Notes under the pieces: generated by a model
Database searches by the model: none
What the model saw: the letters and a program-made list of their open reading frames with translations, nothing else
Told to the model about the DNA's origin: nothing
Shown: one piece after another, positions 8,001 through 17,384 of the stretch
Numbering within the stretch: the first letter of the stretch is position 1
How the letters are laid out: each line of letters opens with the position of its first letter
DNA from: a virus
Taxonomy: Duplodnaviria; Caudoviricetes
Virus record (IMG/VR): IMGVR_UViG_3300025103_000045
Location: 1-44,447 of that record
Length of the DNA: 44,447 nucleotides
Strand: one strand, 5' to 3'
Position numbers and translations under genes: made by a program

Positions 8001-11000
8001 AACTCTGATTTACCATCAGCTAGTTTGTTAACAACACCAACTTCATATTTACTTTCACCTTTTTCAATACTTTCTAATATCTGTCTTCTAACTTCACTAT
8101 TAGTAATAGCTCTACCTACTTCTGTTTGTAAAGCTTTTATTAATGTTTTTTGATTTCTATCCCCAGATCTTTTAGTAAATAATTCGTTCCATTGTTTTTT
8201 ATCAAATGGTAATTTAGTTTGGACTGGTAATCCAGCGGCTGTACCTTTTTTCATGTCAGCCCTTGACTCTTTTTTATAAAAGTTATTAAGTATGGTTTGT
8301 TTCATACCAGTTGAAGTTTTTAAACCTGTGCTACCGTATGATTGCTTCATCGCACCTAACGGTAATATTGCGTGCAATACTTCCCCATTAGCTTTAATAA
8401 AATTATCTGACGAATTAAATATTCTTAAAGTTGTATTAGGTGTAATATCCCCTAAAGTTTTATAATTTAATTCTTCAATATTTTCATTTTCAATAAAATC
8501 TTTTACTGCAGCTTCATACTCTTGTTTTAGCTCTGGCTGATTTGCTGTCAACTTTGATAAAGCTTTAATTTGCGTACCTTGTTTTTGAGTAACAGTTGTT
8601 TCAACCGATGTTGTTTCATCAGCTATTTGTACTGTTGATCTTTCTGCAGCTTCGCTTTCATCAACGTTAACTTCTTTTTTAGTTCTTTCGCTTTGTTCAA
8701 ATAAAGCTTTTTTAGCATCTAATTTAGCAAATCTTGTATCTGACATTATTCTTTCAACAAAACCTTGCATTCCGATTACAGAGCCATCTGCTCTTTTAGA
8801 TTCAGGATTAAACTTTAATACTCTTTCTATAGTACCATCAATTACTTTTTGTGATTCTTCCTGAGAAACCGATCTATTCTTTATATAATTACTGATAGCC
8901 CCTGTGTATATAGAATTAAATATTTTTACCCCCTCTGGTGAACGAGTAAATACATCATATTCTGCTTTAGTTTTAATATTTTTTGGTACAAGGCCATCTA
9001 TTTCTTCAAACAAAGCTGCTGCAAGCGGCTCTTCTACAATATCCTCACTGGTTCTATCAACTTGTTTAGCTTCTGATAAAGTTTTTTCAACTGATTTTAT
9101 ATCTTCCCTTGCAAAGTCTTTAATAAATTCATTGATTTCACTTGCTGTTTTAAAACCAGCTTTTTTATAACCAAGTGGTTTTAATATGTATTTTCTAATA
9201 AATTCACCTATTTTAGTAAGTATATTGTCATTTGCTTTATTAGATTTTAAAACTTCCATGTAGTTAGATAAAAACTCTTCAGCATATCTTATTTGTTCTT
9301 GACTAAATTTTGTTGCATTGCTATCAATTTCAATATCTACAGCTTCTTTCCTTGCATCCATCCTTTCATGAACTAATTGAGTTTGCTCAGTACCAATTAT
9401 TTTTTGTAATTCTATAATAAGAGAAGGAACGTTTTTAATAAAAAGATTTGATAACCCATGTACAGTTTCATGTGAATAAGTAAAATCTAAATTAGCGCCC
9501 TCTTTTGCTTGCTCTGATATTACATTTTCGTTTACAAAAAACATTCCGTTATTAAATAATCCACCTTTTGTAAATTGCTCTTGTAAATATTCAGGTGTAA
9601 GCTTTTCTTCAGGCACACCCATTTTTGTTAATGCAACTTTAAGGTCTTCTACACTAGAAACTTTTAGTATATTTAAAGGAACACCAAGTCCCCCTAAAAC
9701 ATCTACAACTGTTTTTGAAAAGTTTTTATCATTTTGAAAAGTTTCACTAATAAATCTATCTTGCTCAGCTAAAGCATTATCAATTTGTGTGTTAGTAATA
9801 TCCTGCATTTGATCTTTAGCGTACGACTCAGGATTTTCTACAAAAGTATCTCTTGTAGTATCGTATTGATTTTGAAGATCTTTTTTCTTTTTTTGTCCTT
9901 CTCTAGTTTTATTTGTTTCAAGTACATCAATTTGATCTTGAATTGCCGCAAGCGTGTCTATCTGTGTGGGTGATAAATTAGGATTAGCTTGTCTTATACT
10001 AGCTTTGGTTCTTATATTTCTTTGTCTATTTGTAACAGCTTCTTGTAAGTTGGGATCATTTTCAATTGAAAAATCAACGCCAGCTATATCAACATCTTCC
10101 CCTTTTAATTGATTTAAAATATCAGCTTTAGTAGCTTTTTTACCTTTTATTTTATATGTAGGTTGATTTATCATACCTATTGCAACATTTACAGGAGCTG
10201 TCGCTGTTCCTGCTATTGCTTCAAAACCAATTTCAGCTACATCCATTTCTTGATTAGCTGCTAGTCTACCTGCTACCTCACCTGTCCCACCACCTACTGC
10301 TTCTACACCAACACCCGCTGCCACAGCGGCTAATGGTCTTCCTGCTCTACGCAGTGTTCCCGCAGCTCTACCGGCTAATCCACCTGATAAACTTTCAATT
10401 GCACCAATTGCTAATCCTCTTCCTACAGCTCTTCTTTTTACTAAGTTATATTTTTCTTCATCTGCTAAAAATTCTTTAACATTATCTAGCGAAAAGTCTT
10501 TACCCTCTTTCTTTAATTCCTCTTGCAGTAATTCACCAAATGTTAAGCCAGCTTCCATTGCACCACCTAAGCCACCAAAAAAACCTGCAGCCCCTCCGGC
10601 AAAAGCACCTAAAGGTGCCCCAGTACCAAATGTAGCACCCCCCGCAATAGCACCACCAGCCAATGCCCCGGTACCAGCCGACGCTATAGCGGTCCCGGCT
10701 ACTTCAGGTGCATCAAAAAACGACCCAGCTAATGTAGCCATAGAACTTGTAAATACTTGCGGTATAATAGTAGGATTGTTAATTACACCTTTTATAAATC
10801 CCCATACGCCTTTACCTTCTTCTTCATATATTCTTGAAAAGTCACGCATTTCGTCTGACATACCAGCACCCATTGCTTTTCTATTTGCTTCAATAGCTTT
10901 TAATATAGTTTCATCAGAAGCGTCTACGCCTTGATTAAATAAATCTAAGTTTTCACCTACAGCTTGAGAAGCTGCAAATCCCTGTTCTGCGGATCTATAT

Positions 11001-11266
11001 ATATCACCAAAAAAGTCTGTAATAATATTTTTACCTAAAGCTCTTTCAATAAATGTATCATCTTCTTGTGATCCCAACGAAGTACTTCCCAAGTTGAATC
11101 CCATATTGAGTGCTGTTCCCGGCTCCACAAGCGCACTCTGACTTATGGGTGATGTCTTTGCTGATGGATCTTTTTTAACTGCGTCTGGAAATTGAGTTAA
11201 AAAACTTTGTAAATTATTAGACCCAACAGAATATTCTTGGCCATTTACTGTATAAAGTTCATTCAT
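5057..11266 (-). CDS. giant internal virion / DNA ejection protein with Gly/Ala-rich hydrophobic region, zincin metallopeptidase motif and probable nuclease domain
   Basis: 2069 aa. N-terminal G/A-rich hydrophobic helices, HETVH plus downstream YAEE, and SD..EAK. Its position after the tail genes is typical of podovirus ejection genes. Confidence 0.75.
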   Translation of the reverse strand: MNELYTVNGQEYSVGSNNLQSFLTQFPDAVKKDPSAKTSPISQSALVEPGTALNMGFNLGSTSLGSQEDDTFIERALGKNIITDFFGDIYRSAEQGFAASQAVGENLDLFNQGVDASDETILKAIEANRKAMGAGMSDEMRDFSRIYEEEGKGVWGFIKGVINNPTIIPQVFTSSMATLAGSFFDAPEVAGTAIASAGTGALAGGAIAGGATFGTGAPLGAFAGGAAGFFGGLGGAMEAGLTFGELLQEELKKEGKDFSLDNVKEFLADEEKYNLVKRRAVGRGLAIGAIESLSGGLAGRAAGTLRRAGRPLAAVAAGVGVEAVGGGTGEVAGRLAANQEMDVAEIGFEAIAGTATAPVNVAIGMINQPTYKIKGKKATKADILNQLKGEDVDIAGVDFSIENDPNLQEAVTNRQRNIRTKASIRQANPNLSPTQIDTLAAIQDQIDVLETNKTREGQKKKKDLQNQYDTTRDTFVENPESYAKDQMQDITNTQIDNALAEQDRFISETFQNDKNFSKTVVDVLGGLGVPLNILKVSSVEDLKVALTKMGVPEEKLTPEYLQEQFTKGGLFNNGMFFVNENVISEQAKEGANLDFTYSHETVHGLSNLFIKNVPSLIIELQKIIGTEQTQLVHERMDARKEAVDIEIDSNATKFSQEQIRYAEEFLSNYMEVLKSNKANDNILTKIGEFIRKYILKPLGYKKAGFKTASEINEFIKDFAREDIKSVEKTLSEAKQVDRTSEDIVEEPLAAALFEEIDGLVPKNIKTKAEYDVFTRSPEGVKIFNSIYTGAISNYIKNRSVSQEESQKVIDGTIERVLKFNPESKRADGSVIGMQGFVERIMSDTRFAKLDAKKALFEQSERTKKEVNVDESEAAERSTVQIADETTSVETTVTQKQGTQIKALSKLTANQPELKQEYEAAVKDFIENENIEELNYKTLGDITPNTTLRIFNSSDNFIKANGEVLHAILPLGAMKQSYGSTGLKTSTGMKQTILNNFYKKESRADMKKGTAAGLPVQTKLPFDKKQWNELFTKRSGDRNQKTLIKALQTEVGRAITNSEVRRQILESIEKGESKYEVGVVNKLADGKSELLAAQTFVKDTNGNVEKTQDAINANMSLYDPSPKKITKVNEILKPMYARFIAQYPEQKNKKTPISLKNFKRYVEEYNAEKIVLNNNKNLESLNDLKGPSNKEGSDLAFISPNNNILKMEAKSKMADQTGEVSVRFKNNEISQGKNPMDQSKFAVVKKHLVDSGFVIKLKEYLEEAKATVTKDGVIRVTEEGHNRAKAKGLLPNTEIKFDNVSNILQHYDGTDILYHAKEDKFHALNNTVDNIPFLEGKSKYEIRLKRSGGNVNIVVVNRITSISSKGVKASTHKFGLAAKPFNAKAEFAGILEETKGMAMEDVPSFIASKQRGKKKDRFRPLIPYSAEDFEGLMYPLYGKGDVGNKNALWFKDNIYRPLAEGLMAFDAVKQATLQNFKEVKKEIKASGIDLSAESSIPGYTKEQALRVRLWVKKGYTVPGLSKNEAKTLSNSVRQDFDSMQLMEKLDNIFEEKIYPEPGETNDWLAGTMLTDILDHVNDVTRKEYLTPFFNNVDEAIGVLGRGGKLEGDNVNKLRALMGENYIDALENILNRIRTGRNRNIDKTDDITNSFLDWTNNSVGTIMFFNTRSALLQTISSFNFINWSDNNIVKAGAAFADQKQFWADFAFLYNSDFLKARRSGLKTDVNADEIANATANSTNKVKSALAAILKKGFLPTQIADSFAISIGGASFYRNRLNKYLSEGMSKKQAEEQTFLDFQELAETAQQSSRPDKISKQQASPLGRLILAFQNTPMQYTRLMKKAALDLINKRGDWKSNVSKIVYYGAIQNLIFHALQTALFALAFDNEEEDEKKDRLFNIGNRMADTLIVGTGVYGAIAATTKNVILEIIKQEKGRKDFTQAAIKTTSLSPPINSKLQKMIRAGRRFTYKQEREKIRELGLDTKNPAVISAGEVLSAVFNLPADRAIRKWNNLVLASNSETELWQSIALALGYSEWDVKLGPNQKEPKMNARIKIPRTKIKREKIKREKIKRN
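5062..5104 (-). repeat. 15-bp tandem repeat encoding KIKRE-KIKRE-KIKR
   Basis: Unit ttttattttttctct repeated about 3 times at the 3' end of the giant gene. Confidence 0.7.
11100..11161 (-). promoter_or_regulatory. candidate programmed -1 ribosomal frameshift signal
   Basis: GCA AAG (11161-11156), spacer ACATCA, then nested stems CCCATA/TATGGG and GAGTGC/GCACTC. The -1 frame stays open for 32 codons to TGA at 11060-11058. Confidence 0.6.
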
Positions 11267-11278
11267 ATTATTTAATTA

Positions 11279-13075
11279 TTAATTTTCAAAATCTCTATTA
11301 GGCTCTAGTGAAGCTAGTAAAGAATCGTATGTTCCTATGTCTGCGTTAATAACATAAAGTTGTTTTATAAGATCTGATATAGTTAGATTTTTTATACCTC
11401 TAAGTTGTCTTTTTTCTGTATCAGTTACCCCTAATTTTTGTAAAATGCTATCATTAATGCCGCCTTCATTGTCTATATTTAAAGCAACAGCTGAATCTAA
11501 TTGCCTTAATCTAATTTGTTTATCAGATAAACCTTCTTTATCTTGTCTAAATTTTGCTAAATTTTGATCATTATAATCTTTATGTAAAAATTCAAAATCA
11601 GATTTTAAAGCTAAAAATTCTTCTTCAGATAATTTTTTCTTACTGGATAAAGGCGAATTTTCATAAGTTACTGTGGATATAGTAGAACCAGGTGTTAATG
11701 AAGCTGTTCTATATTCTCTTCTTTTACCAAATTTTTCTTCTTCATCTGTTATAGTATCAGTGGGAAGATTTGTTATAGTAAAATCATATCCAGTTAAGTC
11801 AACCTGACCGTTCTTTAAAACTCCAGGTTTATAAGCTTCTGTATTTGTAATAGTATTAGGCTCTGGCTTTGGATCTTTAGGCTGATTATATGAATCATTA
11901 AATAAAGATAATGCTTCCCCTTTTACAGACTGGGAACCTGGTGCTTGTCTTAATATAATTTCACCAACTTGTTTTTTACCGTTTGCTGTATTTAGGTTTA
12001 TAGTTTTAAATGCCCCTGACGCATCCCCATCTTTATCTTTTGTTGCTATAGAAAGTATTCCGTTTGAATAATTAGCATCTAATATTTGTTCACCATTAAA
12101 TTTAGCATTTTTACTCATTAAAAAACTAAAATCACCAGAACCCATTGCGTCGTTTATTATAAACCCCGCGTCTTTAGCCATAAGTGCTGCTGTAGATGGT
12201 TTTATTACAGGCGGCTGAGCTTCTATAAATGCTTGCGTTGCAATATCATCTCCTTTTTCAACTATCAATGCTTGTAATTGTCCTAGGTTTAATCCTTTTA
12301 ATTCTGAATTCATTACGCCTAATCCATCTACCAATAGCTCTCTAGCTTTTTCAACAGTGCCCACATTTAAAGAAAATTCTCTTAAATCCCTATCTAAATC
12401 TTTTCTGTTAGTTGTAGCGCTACCAAGTGCCGCTATAGCCCCTGACGTTGCATTAGCATCTATAGTTTTTTCAGCCAAGTATAAATTTTTAAGTCTATTA
12501 GAATCTACATTGGAGTCTGTTAAACCTTCAATAACATATTTATCACCAGAAATTTTAAAATTACCACTAGATAATGCTTTAGCTATTTTATAATCATCGC
12601 TTGTTATATCAACACCTCCTGATATATTACCTTTAGCTATTCTACCTGTGTAACCTGCTATAAGCTCTTGATCAGCACTAAACTTTGAAACTTTTTTATT
12701 AAACTTATCAACCGCTTCTTTATATTTAGCTGCTTTTTCGTATTGATTTAAAGACTCATCTTTAGCAATATCGTTTAATAAGTTTTTTGTTATATATGCG
12801 TCAGCCGTAACAACAGAGTCAAAATCTCCTAACAAACTAGAAGTGTCAGCCATCATGTTCATTTGATCAATAGCTGATTTTTGGTCTTCTTTTAATTGAT
12901 TTTCTCTTTCTTTTTCTTCATTAGCAAGACCCATTAAGTATCCCTGTAAAGGTTTTACACCTTGTTCTAACCCTATTGATAACGCATTAGATTCAAGCTC
13001 TTTTGCTTTTGCTAACTCTTGATTTGTTTGTAATAAACCAGAATACATTGATCCTCCTGTTGTTTTTGTTGCCAT
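11279..13075 (-). CDS. putative internal virion / ejection protein
   Basis: 598 aa, helical and coiled-coil N-half. It is the middle gene of the three-gene ejection cluster (positional inference). Confidence 0.55.
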   Translation of the reverse strand: MATKTTGGSMYSGLLQTNQELAKAKELESNALSIGLEQGVKPLQGYLMGLANEEKERENQLKEDQKSAIDQMNMMADTSSLLGDFDSVVTADAYITKNLLNDIAKDESLNQYEKAAKYKEAVDKFNKKVSKFSADQELIAGYTGRIAKGNISGGVDITSDDYKIAKALSSGNFKISGDKYVIEGLTDSNVDSNRLKNLYLAEKTIDANATSGAIAALGSATTNRKDLDRDLREFSLNVGTVEKARELLVDGLGVMNSELKGLNLGQLQALIVEKGDDIATQAFIEAQPPVIKPSTAALMAKDAGFIINDAMGSGDFSFLMSKNAKFNGEQILDANYSNGILSIATKDKDGDASGAFKTINLNTANGKKQVGEIILRQAPGSQSVKGEALSLFNDSYNQPKDPKPEPNTITNTEAYKPGVLKNGQVDLTGYDFTITNLPTDTITDEEEKFGKRREYRTASLTPGSTISTVTYENSPLSSKKKLSEEEFLALKSDFEFLHKDYNDQNLAKFRQDKEGLSDKQIRLRQLDSAVALNIDNEGGINDSILQKLGVTDTEKRQLRGIKNLTISDLIKQLYVINADIGTYDSLLASLEPNRDFEN

Positions 13076-13085
13076 AATTAATTAT

Positions 13086-13922
13086 TTAATTGCCTCTAGG
13101 TTGTAGCACACCTAGTGTTGGTAAAGAACTAGGAGGCGAAATATAACCCCCCCCGCTCAATAATTCGTTTGATTGTTGAACCATAGGTTGAAAAGTTTTT
13201 TGTGCTAATGCTAATGTATCAGGGCTTTGTGCTCCCATTGCTGCGGCTGCATTACCACCACCTATTTTGCTTCCAAACGCTGAAAATGCCGCGCTGCCTA
13301 AAGCACCAATACCCCCTACTAAATCAGCTTTTGCTTGTGCTCTTGCTCTTGTAGCTGCTGCTAAATCTTGATTAGCCATTCCAAGTAAAGCAGATTGTTT
13401 ACCCATTTCTAATTGCTGTCTTGAACTTTCACCTCCAGCTTGTAATTCCGCAGCTTTCATTGCTCCTTGTGCGGATAGTCTTTCATTCATAGCTTCTTGT
13501 TTTGCAATATCAGCACTTATGCCCTGTAGCCCTTTTGCTTGCTGCTGCGCCATTGCTTGTGCTATTGCGGCTGCTCCAGTCCCACCTCCAGCTCCTCTCA
13601 AAGCATCTAATGACTGTGCTAAACCTTGCTGTTGTTGTTGGGCCTGAAATTCAGCTGCTTCGGTTGAAACTCTTAAATCCTCAAATTCATTTTGAACTTG
13701 CGCATATGGGTTTGTAAATTCAGTTGCTTCAAAAGAAGCCATTTGTTTGTCTCTACGGCCTTGCGCTGCTTTTTCTCGTCTTCTTCTTTTTCTTCCTCCA
13801 AACAAGCTACCTATACCTTTAGCAATACCGGGAATTGCTGACGCTATACCCGCTATAGCTAGTGGCGCTAAACCTTTTGTAACTGTATCAGCTACTTCTA
13901 TTATTGTTATTATTTCTTCCAT
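13086..13922 (-). CDS. putative ejection / DNA pilot protein
   Basis: Amphipathic Gly/Ala N-terminus (AIAGIASAIPGIAKGIGSLFGG), Arg cluster and Q/A-rich coiled coil. Confidence 0.65.
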   Translation of the reverse strand: MEEIITIIEVADTVTKGLAPLAIAGIASAIPGIAKGIGSLFGGRKRRRREKAAQGRRDKQMASFEATEFTNPYAQVQNEFEDLRVSTEAAEFQAQQQQQGLAQSLDALRGAGGGTGAAAIAQAMAQQQAKGLQGISADIAKQEAMNERLSAQGAMKAAELQAGGESSRQQLEMGKQSALLGMANQDLAAATRARAQAKADLVGGIGALGSAAFSAFGSKIGGGNAAAAMGAQSPDTLALAQKTFQPMVQQSNELLSGGGYISPPSSLPTLGVLQPRGN

Positions 13923-13924
13923 GA

Positions 13925-14260
13925 TTAATTACTGCTTATAAATATTTCTGAGTTTACTGCGAATAGTTCCGCGTGTTCTGTTGAATCGTTAGAAAAGTTT
14001 ATTTCTGCAAAATATCCTAACAATCCCGATGTGTTTATTACACTATCTTTTGCAAAAAATATATAACTATTACTAGCTAATTGTGATATATCACCCACAG
14101 GCGATGCATCAATTTCACAAACTATAGTTGAATTTGTTTTAGAAACTAAAGGCCCTATTCTTTTTTTAGTTGTATTGTCTGTGCCTAAATAATATATAAC
14201 ATCTCCAATTTGCAAGGATGTGTTTCTTTTTACGTCTATGTTTAATGTTATTTGACTCAT
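13925..14260 (-). CDS. structural protein resembling the C-terminal module of crAss-type muzzle/tail stabilization proteins
   Basis: Ends SGLLGYFAEINFSNDSTEHAELFAVNSEIFISSN. Confidence 0.55.
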   Translation of the reverse strand: MSQITLNIDVKRNTSLQIGDVIYYLGTDNTTKKRIGPLVSKTNSTIVCEIDASPVGDISQLASNSYIFFAKDSVINTSGLLGYFAEINFSNDSTEHAELFAVNSEIFISSN

Positions 14261-14279
14261 AATGTTATTATTACGTTAT

Positions 14280-17200
14280 TTATTGGCAACCTAAGAAATC
14301 AATTTGTGTTAATGCAACCCCACTCCAATAGTAGTAATGACTGCTGTCTGCAAAATACCCAGGAGTTGATTTTAATGTTGTACAGTTTCCATCTGAGTAT
14401 ATTTGCGTTGAAAGTGATAACCCATTACCGTTCATATTAACCGTTCTTTGTCTTCCTGTACATAAAAACTCCATTGCCGTGGCATCAGTTGCTGGATCAA
14501 CATTAGAAAATGTTGCTGATACCGAATAACAAACCGGCTCTGGTGGCGGTGGCGGAGGTGGGTTAACAACGTCAGCACAATCCGCGCAATTAAGAGCTGC
14601 AGTTGCTTTTGAATTATATATTGTGTAATTTGATAAATCAGAATTTGGGCTAGCTAAATTGTTGTTAGTAAACGAATAACATTCGCCACCATCTGATAAT
14701 ACAATTGTATCATCAATAGGGTTTGCACTAGAAACATTAACAAACGTCCCAGCCGGCTCATTACAAGTTACAAATCTAGCATAATAAGTTACCGCTGCTG
14801 ATCCCGTATCTATAATAGCACTATTAGCACAAGCAACCTGCGCATTCGCATTTGTATATGCTGGATTGCTATCTGAAAATGTAAATGAAATTGCAACAGT
14901 ACCTTGTCCTGTAGCAGCAGTTGTTGGGCTATAGCTATGCACTGTTGTTGTGCTCCTTGTAGGTGTTACTGAAATTGCTTGAGTTCCTGAATTATAACTA
15001 ACATTTACCCAATCGCTATGTGTGTTACACGTATAAGTTCCCAGAGGGCAAGTTGTTAATGAAGAAGCTGAAACACCCTGCGAGTATTCCGTGTAATCAG
15101 TACTCCCAACATCTAAATCAAACACTCTAAAAGTAATTCCGCCAGATCCTGTTTCAACTATTTGATTTAATTGAAATGTTACAGAGTCATTTGTTGCTTG
15201 CGTTCTATAAAGAACTCCATCGTCACATTTTTCAATACCGTAATATCTAGGAGCAGATGAGCCGCCACCTGTTAAATCAGGGCAGCCTGTTAATCCTGTA
15301 GCAGAATAGCTCACTAAACCACCTGTTGTGGAGTTATTGTTAATTACTATATAATATATACCCGTACTGTCATCTTTTATTCTATCATTTGTACTTAAGC
15401 TATTATCTTGAGCTGTGGTATTGTTTGTTCTGTAACCTTCACTTAATGTTCCACATTGTCTTAGTCCATAATAAAAATCAGGAGGAGGTGGAGCAGTTAC
15501 TCCATTACAATCATCACAATTGCTGAAAGGTTGCATTGAATTATTTTGTCCTATTGCAGTGGCTGTTGCGTCTATTTGGCTGCCTGTGTATTCAGTTATA
15601 GTATAACATCCGTTCCCATCTTGTAACGAGCTAGTGCTAATTGCTGTAAGGTCGTAAACGTTTCCATAAGATAATGATGTTGCTCCACTTATTCTAACAT
15701 ATCTAGCGGTTGAGCCACCACATTTTACAGCTTGCACTATTAGTGTAAATGGGTTTTGCCATCTAATTGTAATAGTTTTTACAACATCTGGTCTACCATC
15801 ATTAAATGAAGCTGTACATCCATATAATACGTCTTGAGTACCGTTTGGTCCTAATGTTGGTCTAGATGAATCAGTATTAAATGTTTGAGAATTATCACCT
15901 GCAGGAACGTTATTAACTCTCCAAGCATATTGGTTTATAGCTGGATCTTCTTCGTTTGCTTGATTCACAAATCTTAAACTAACTGTGCTAGTAATATTTT
16001 TTGGGCCAATAATCCCATTTGAATCTCCTTCGTCTCCTGCTGTTGTTTCAATATTGTAAGAAGTACATGCAAACCAATTACCCTGCACTACTCCAACTCC
16101 ATTAACCTGCGCATAATACTTAATACTGTTATATGTTGCTATAAATGTTCCTTCTCCTGGAAATCCACTAAGACTTCCTGCAGCAGTTTTATACAATCTA
16201 GTTACTCCATTTAAAACGAAACTATCTGTGAATAAATCTACTTGCCCAGCTGTAGTTGTACATGCATCACTGTGATTTATTGACTGACTAGGTAATCTAT
16301 TAAAGGTAAAAGAAGGTCTATCAGTCCAATTTATACTCCAATTATTTGGATCAGCTGTAGGCGTAATAGCTGCACCACTAACAGAATTAGTTCCACTAAC
16401 TCTACAATTATAATAATACGTTGCGTTAGTACCTGCTACTTCGGTTCTTTTTAATTCTCGTCCTGTTTGTCCTGCTATAATATTATTATTTGTTGGATGA
16501 TCAACGACAGGGGCACTACCCGAAGGTGCTGTTGTTTTCCTGTACCATTGGAATGATGGTGATGATATGTTCGTAGTATTAGCCCTTAAAGTTACTTCCT
16601 CTGTGTTGTAAGCGGCTACCCCACCCCCTCTACCTCCCCCAGCATGCACCACATCTACAGCTACGTCCCCTAAAAACTGCACACTATGGTCATCTGTGTA
16701 TGTAACACCATTATAAGTTGCAGAAACTGTATAAACATAAATTCCAGGGGCGTCTTCATGAAATGTTTTTGAAGTTCCTGTTTGCCCGTCTATAGCACTA
16801 CCTCCCCATGTATATGTTGGTGTTCCTGGTATACAGGTGTCAGATGCTGTTAAAGTTATATCTGTTCCCGCTTGCCCTTGAGCAGGTCCTGAAATTAAAA
16901 TTGATGTTGCTACATTTGTATTTACAGCTATTGTACAATTATTTATTGTTGTCCCTGAGTTGCTATACGCGCTACTATTACTATCCACAAAACTAAACCC
17001 AACATTCTGTATTCCGCTGTTTGTGGTTAAAGTAGTAGGCGTTACATTAGATAAAGTAGTAGTACTATCTACAGCTGTTAATACTACAGCACCAGTTTCA
17101 CAATTAAACGCCGCTGTTGCCCAAACTTTAGTATTACAGTCATAAGCTATTCCGGTTGCTAACGGGGTTTGTATTGTTTTTATTGTACCATTGCAATTAC

Positions 17201-17378
17201 CACTTGAACAAGTAGCGGTTATAGTTACATCATTATTAGCGGTAATAGTTATTCCTGCTGCTAGAGCACTTTTTGTAGTAGTGTCTGGGGAAACTGACCC
17301 AGCGCTTGCTGTAAGTGAAATAGTATCTGTATTAATAAAATCCGCTCCGAATGTTCCTGTTAAAGTAAATGTTGCCAT
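14280..17378 (-). CDS. Cys-rich multi-module Ig/PKD-like virion surface protein
   Basis: 1032 aa, T/S/G-rich, Ig-like TYTW/FQWY...YYNC strands, about 28 Cys, poly-Pro linkers and internally repeated modules. Confidence 0.65.
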   Translation of the reverse strand: MATFTLTGTFGADFINTDTISLTASAGSVSPDTTTKSALAAGITITANNDVTITATCSSGNCNGTIKTIQTPLATGIAYDCNTKVWATAAFNCETGAVVLTAVDSTTTLSNVTPTTLTTNSGIQNVGFSFVDSNSSAYSNSGTTINNCTIAVNTNVATSILISGPAQGQAGTDITLTASDTCIPGTPTYTWGGSAIDGQTGTSKTFHEDAPGIYVYTVSATYNGVTYTDDHSVQFLGDVAVDVVHAGGGRGGGVAAYNTEEVTLRANTTNISSPSFQWYRKTTAPSGSAPVVDHPTNNNIIAGQTGRELKRTEVAGTNATYYYNCRVSGTNSVSGAAITPTADPNNWSINWTDRPSFTFNRLPSQSINHSDACTTTAGQVDLFTDSFVLNGVTRLYKTAAGSLSGFPGEGTFIATYNSIKYYAQVNGVGVVQGNWFACTSYNIETTAGDEGDSNGIIGPKNITSTVSLRFVNQANEEDPAINQYAWRVNNVPAGDNSQTFNTDSSRPTLGPNGTQDVLYGCTASFNDGRPDVVKTITIRWQNPFTLIVQAVKCGGSTARYVRISGATSLSYGNVYDLTAISTSSLQDGNGCYTITEYTGSQIDATATAIGQNNSMQPFSNCDDCNGVTAPPPPDFYYGLRQCGTLSEGYRTNNTTAQDNSLSTNDRIKDDSTGIYYIVINNNSTTGGLVSYSATGLTGCPDLTGGGSSAPRYYGIEKCDDGVLYRTQATNDSVTFQLNQIVETGSGGITFRVFDLDVGSTDYTEYSQGVSASSLTTCPLGTYTCNTHSDWVNVSYNSGTQAISVTPTRSTTTVHSYSPTTAATGQGTVAISFTFSDSNPAYTNANAQVACANSAIIDTGSAAVTYYARFVTCNEPAGTFVNVSSANPIDDTIVLSDGGECYSFTNNNLASPNSDLSNYTIYNSKATAALNCADCADVVNPPPPPPPEPVCYSVSATFSNVDPATDATAMEFLCTGRQRTVNMNGNGLSLSTQIYSDGNCTTLKSTPGYFADSSHYYYWSGVALTQIDFLGCQ

Positions 17379-17384
17379 ATAATA

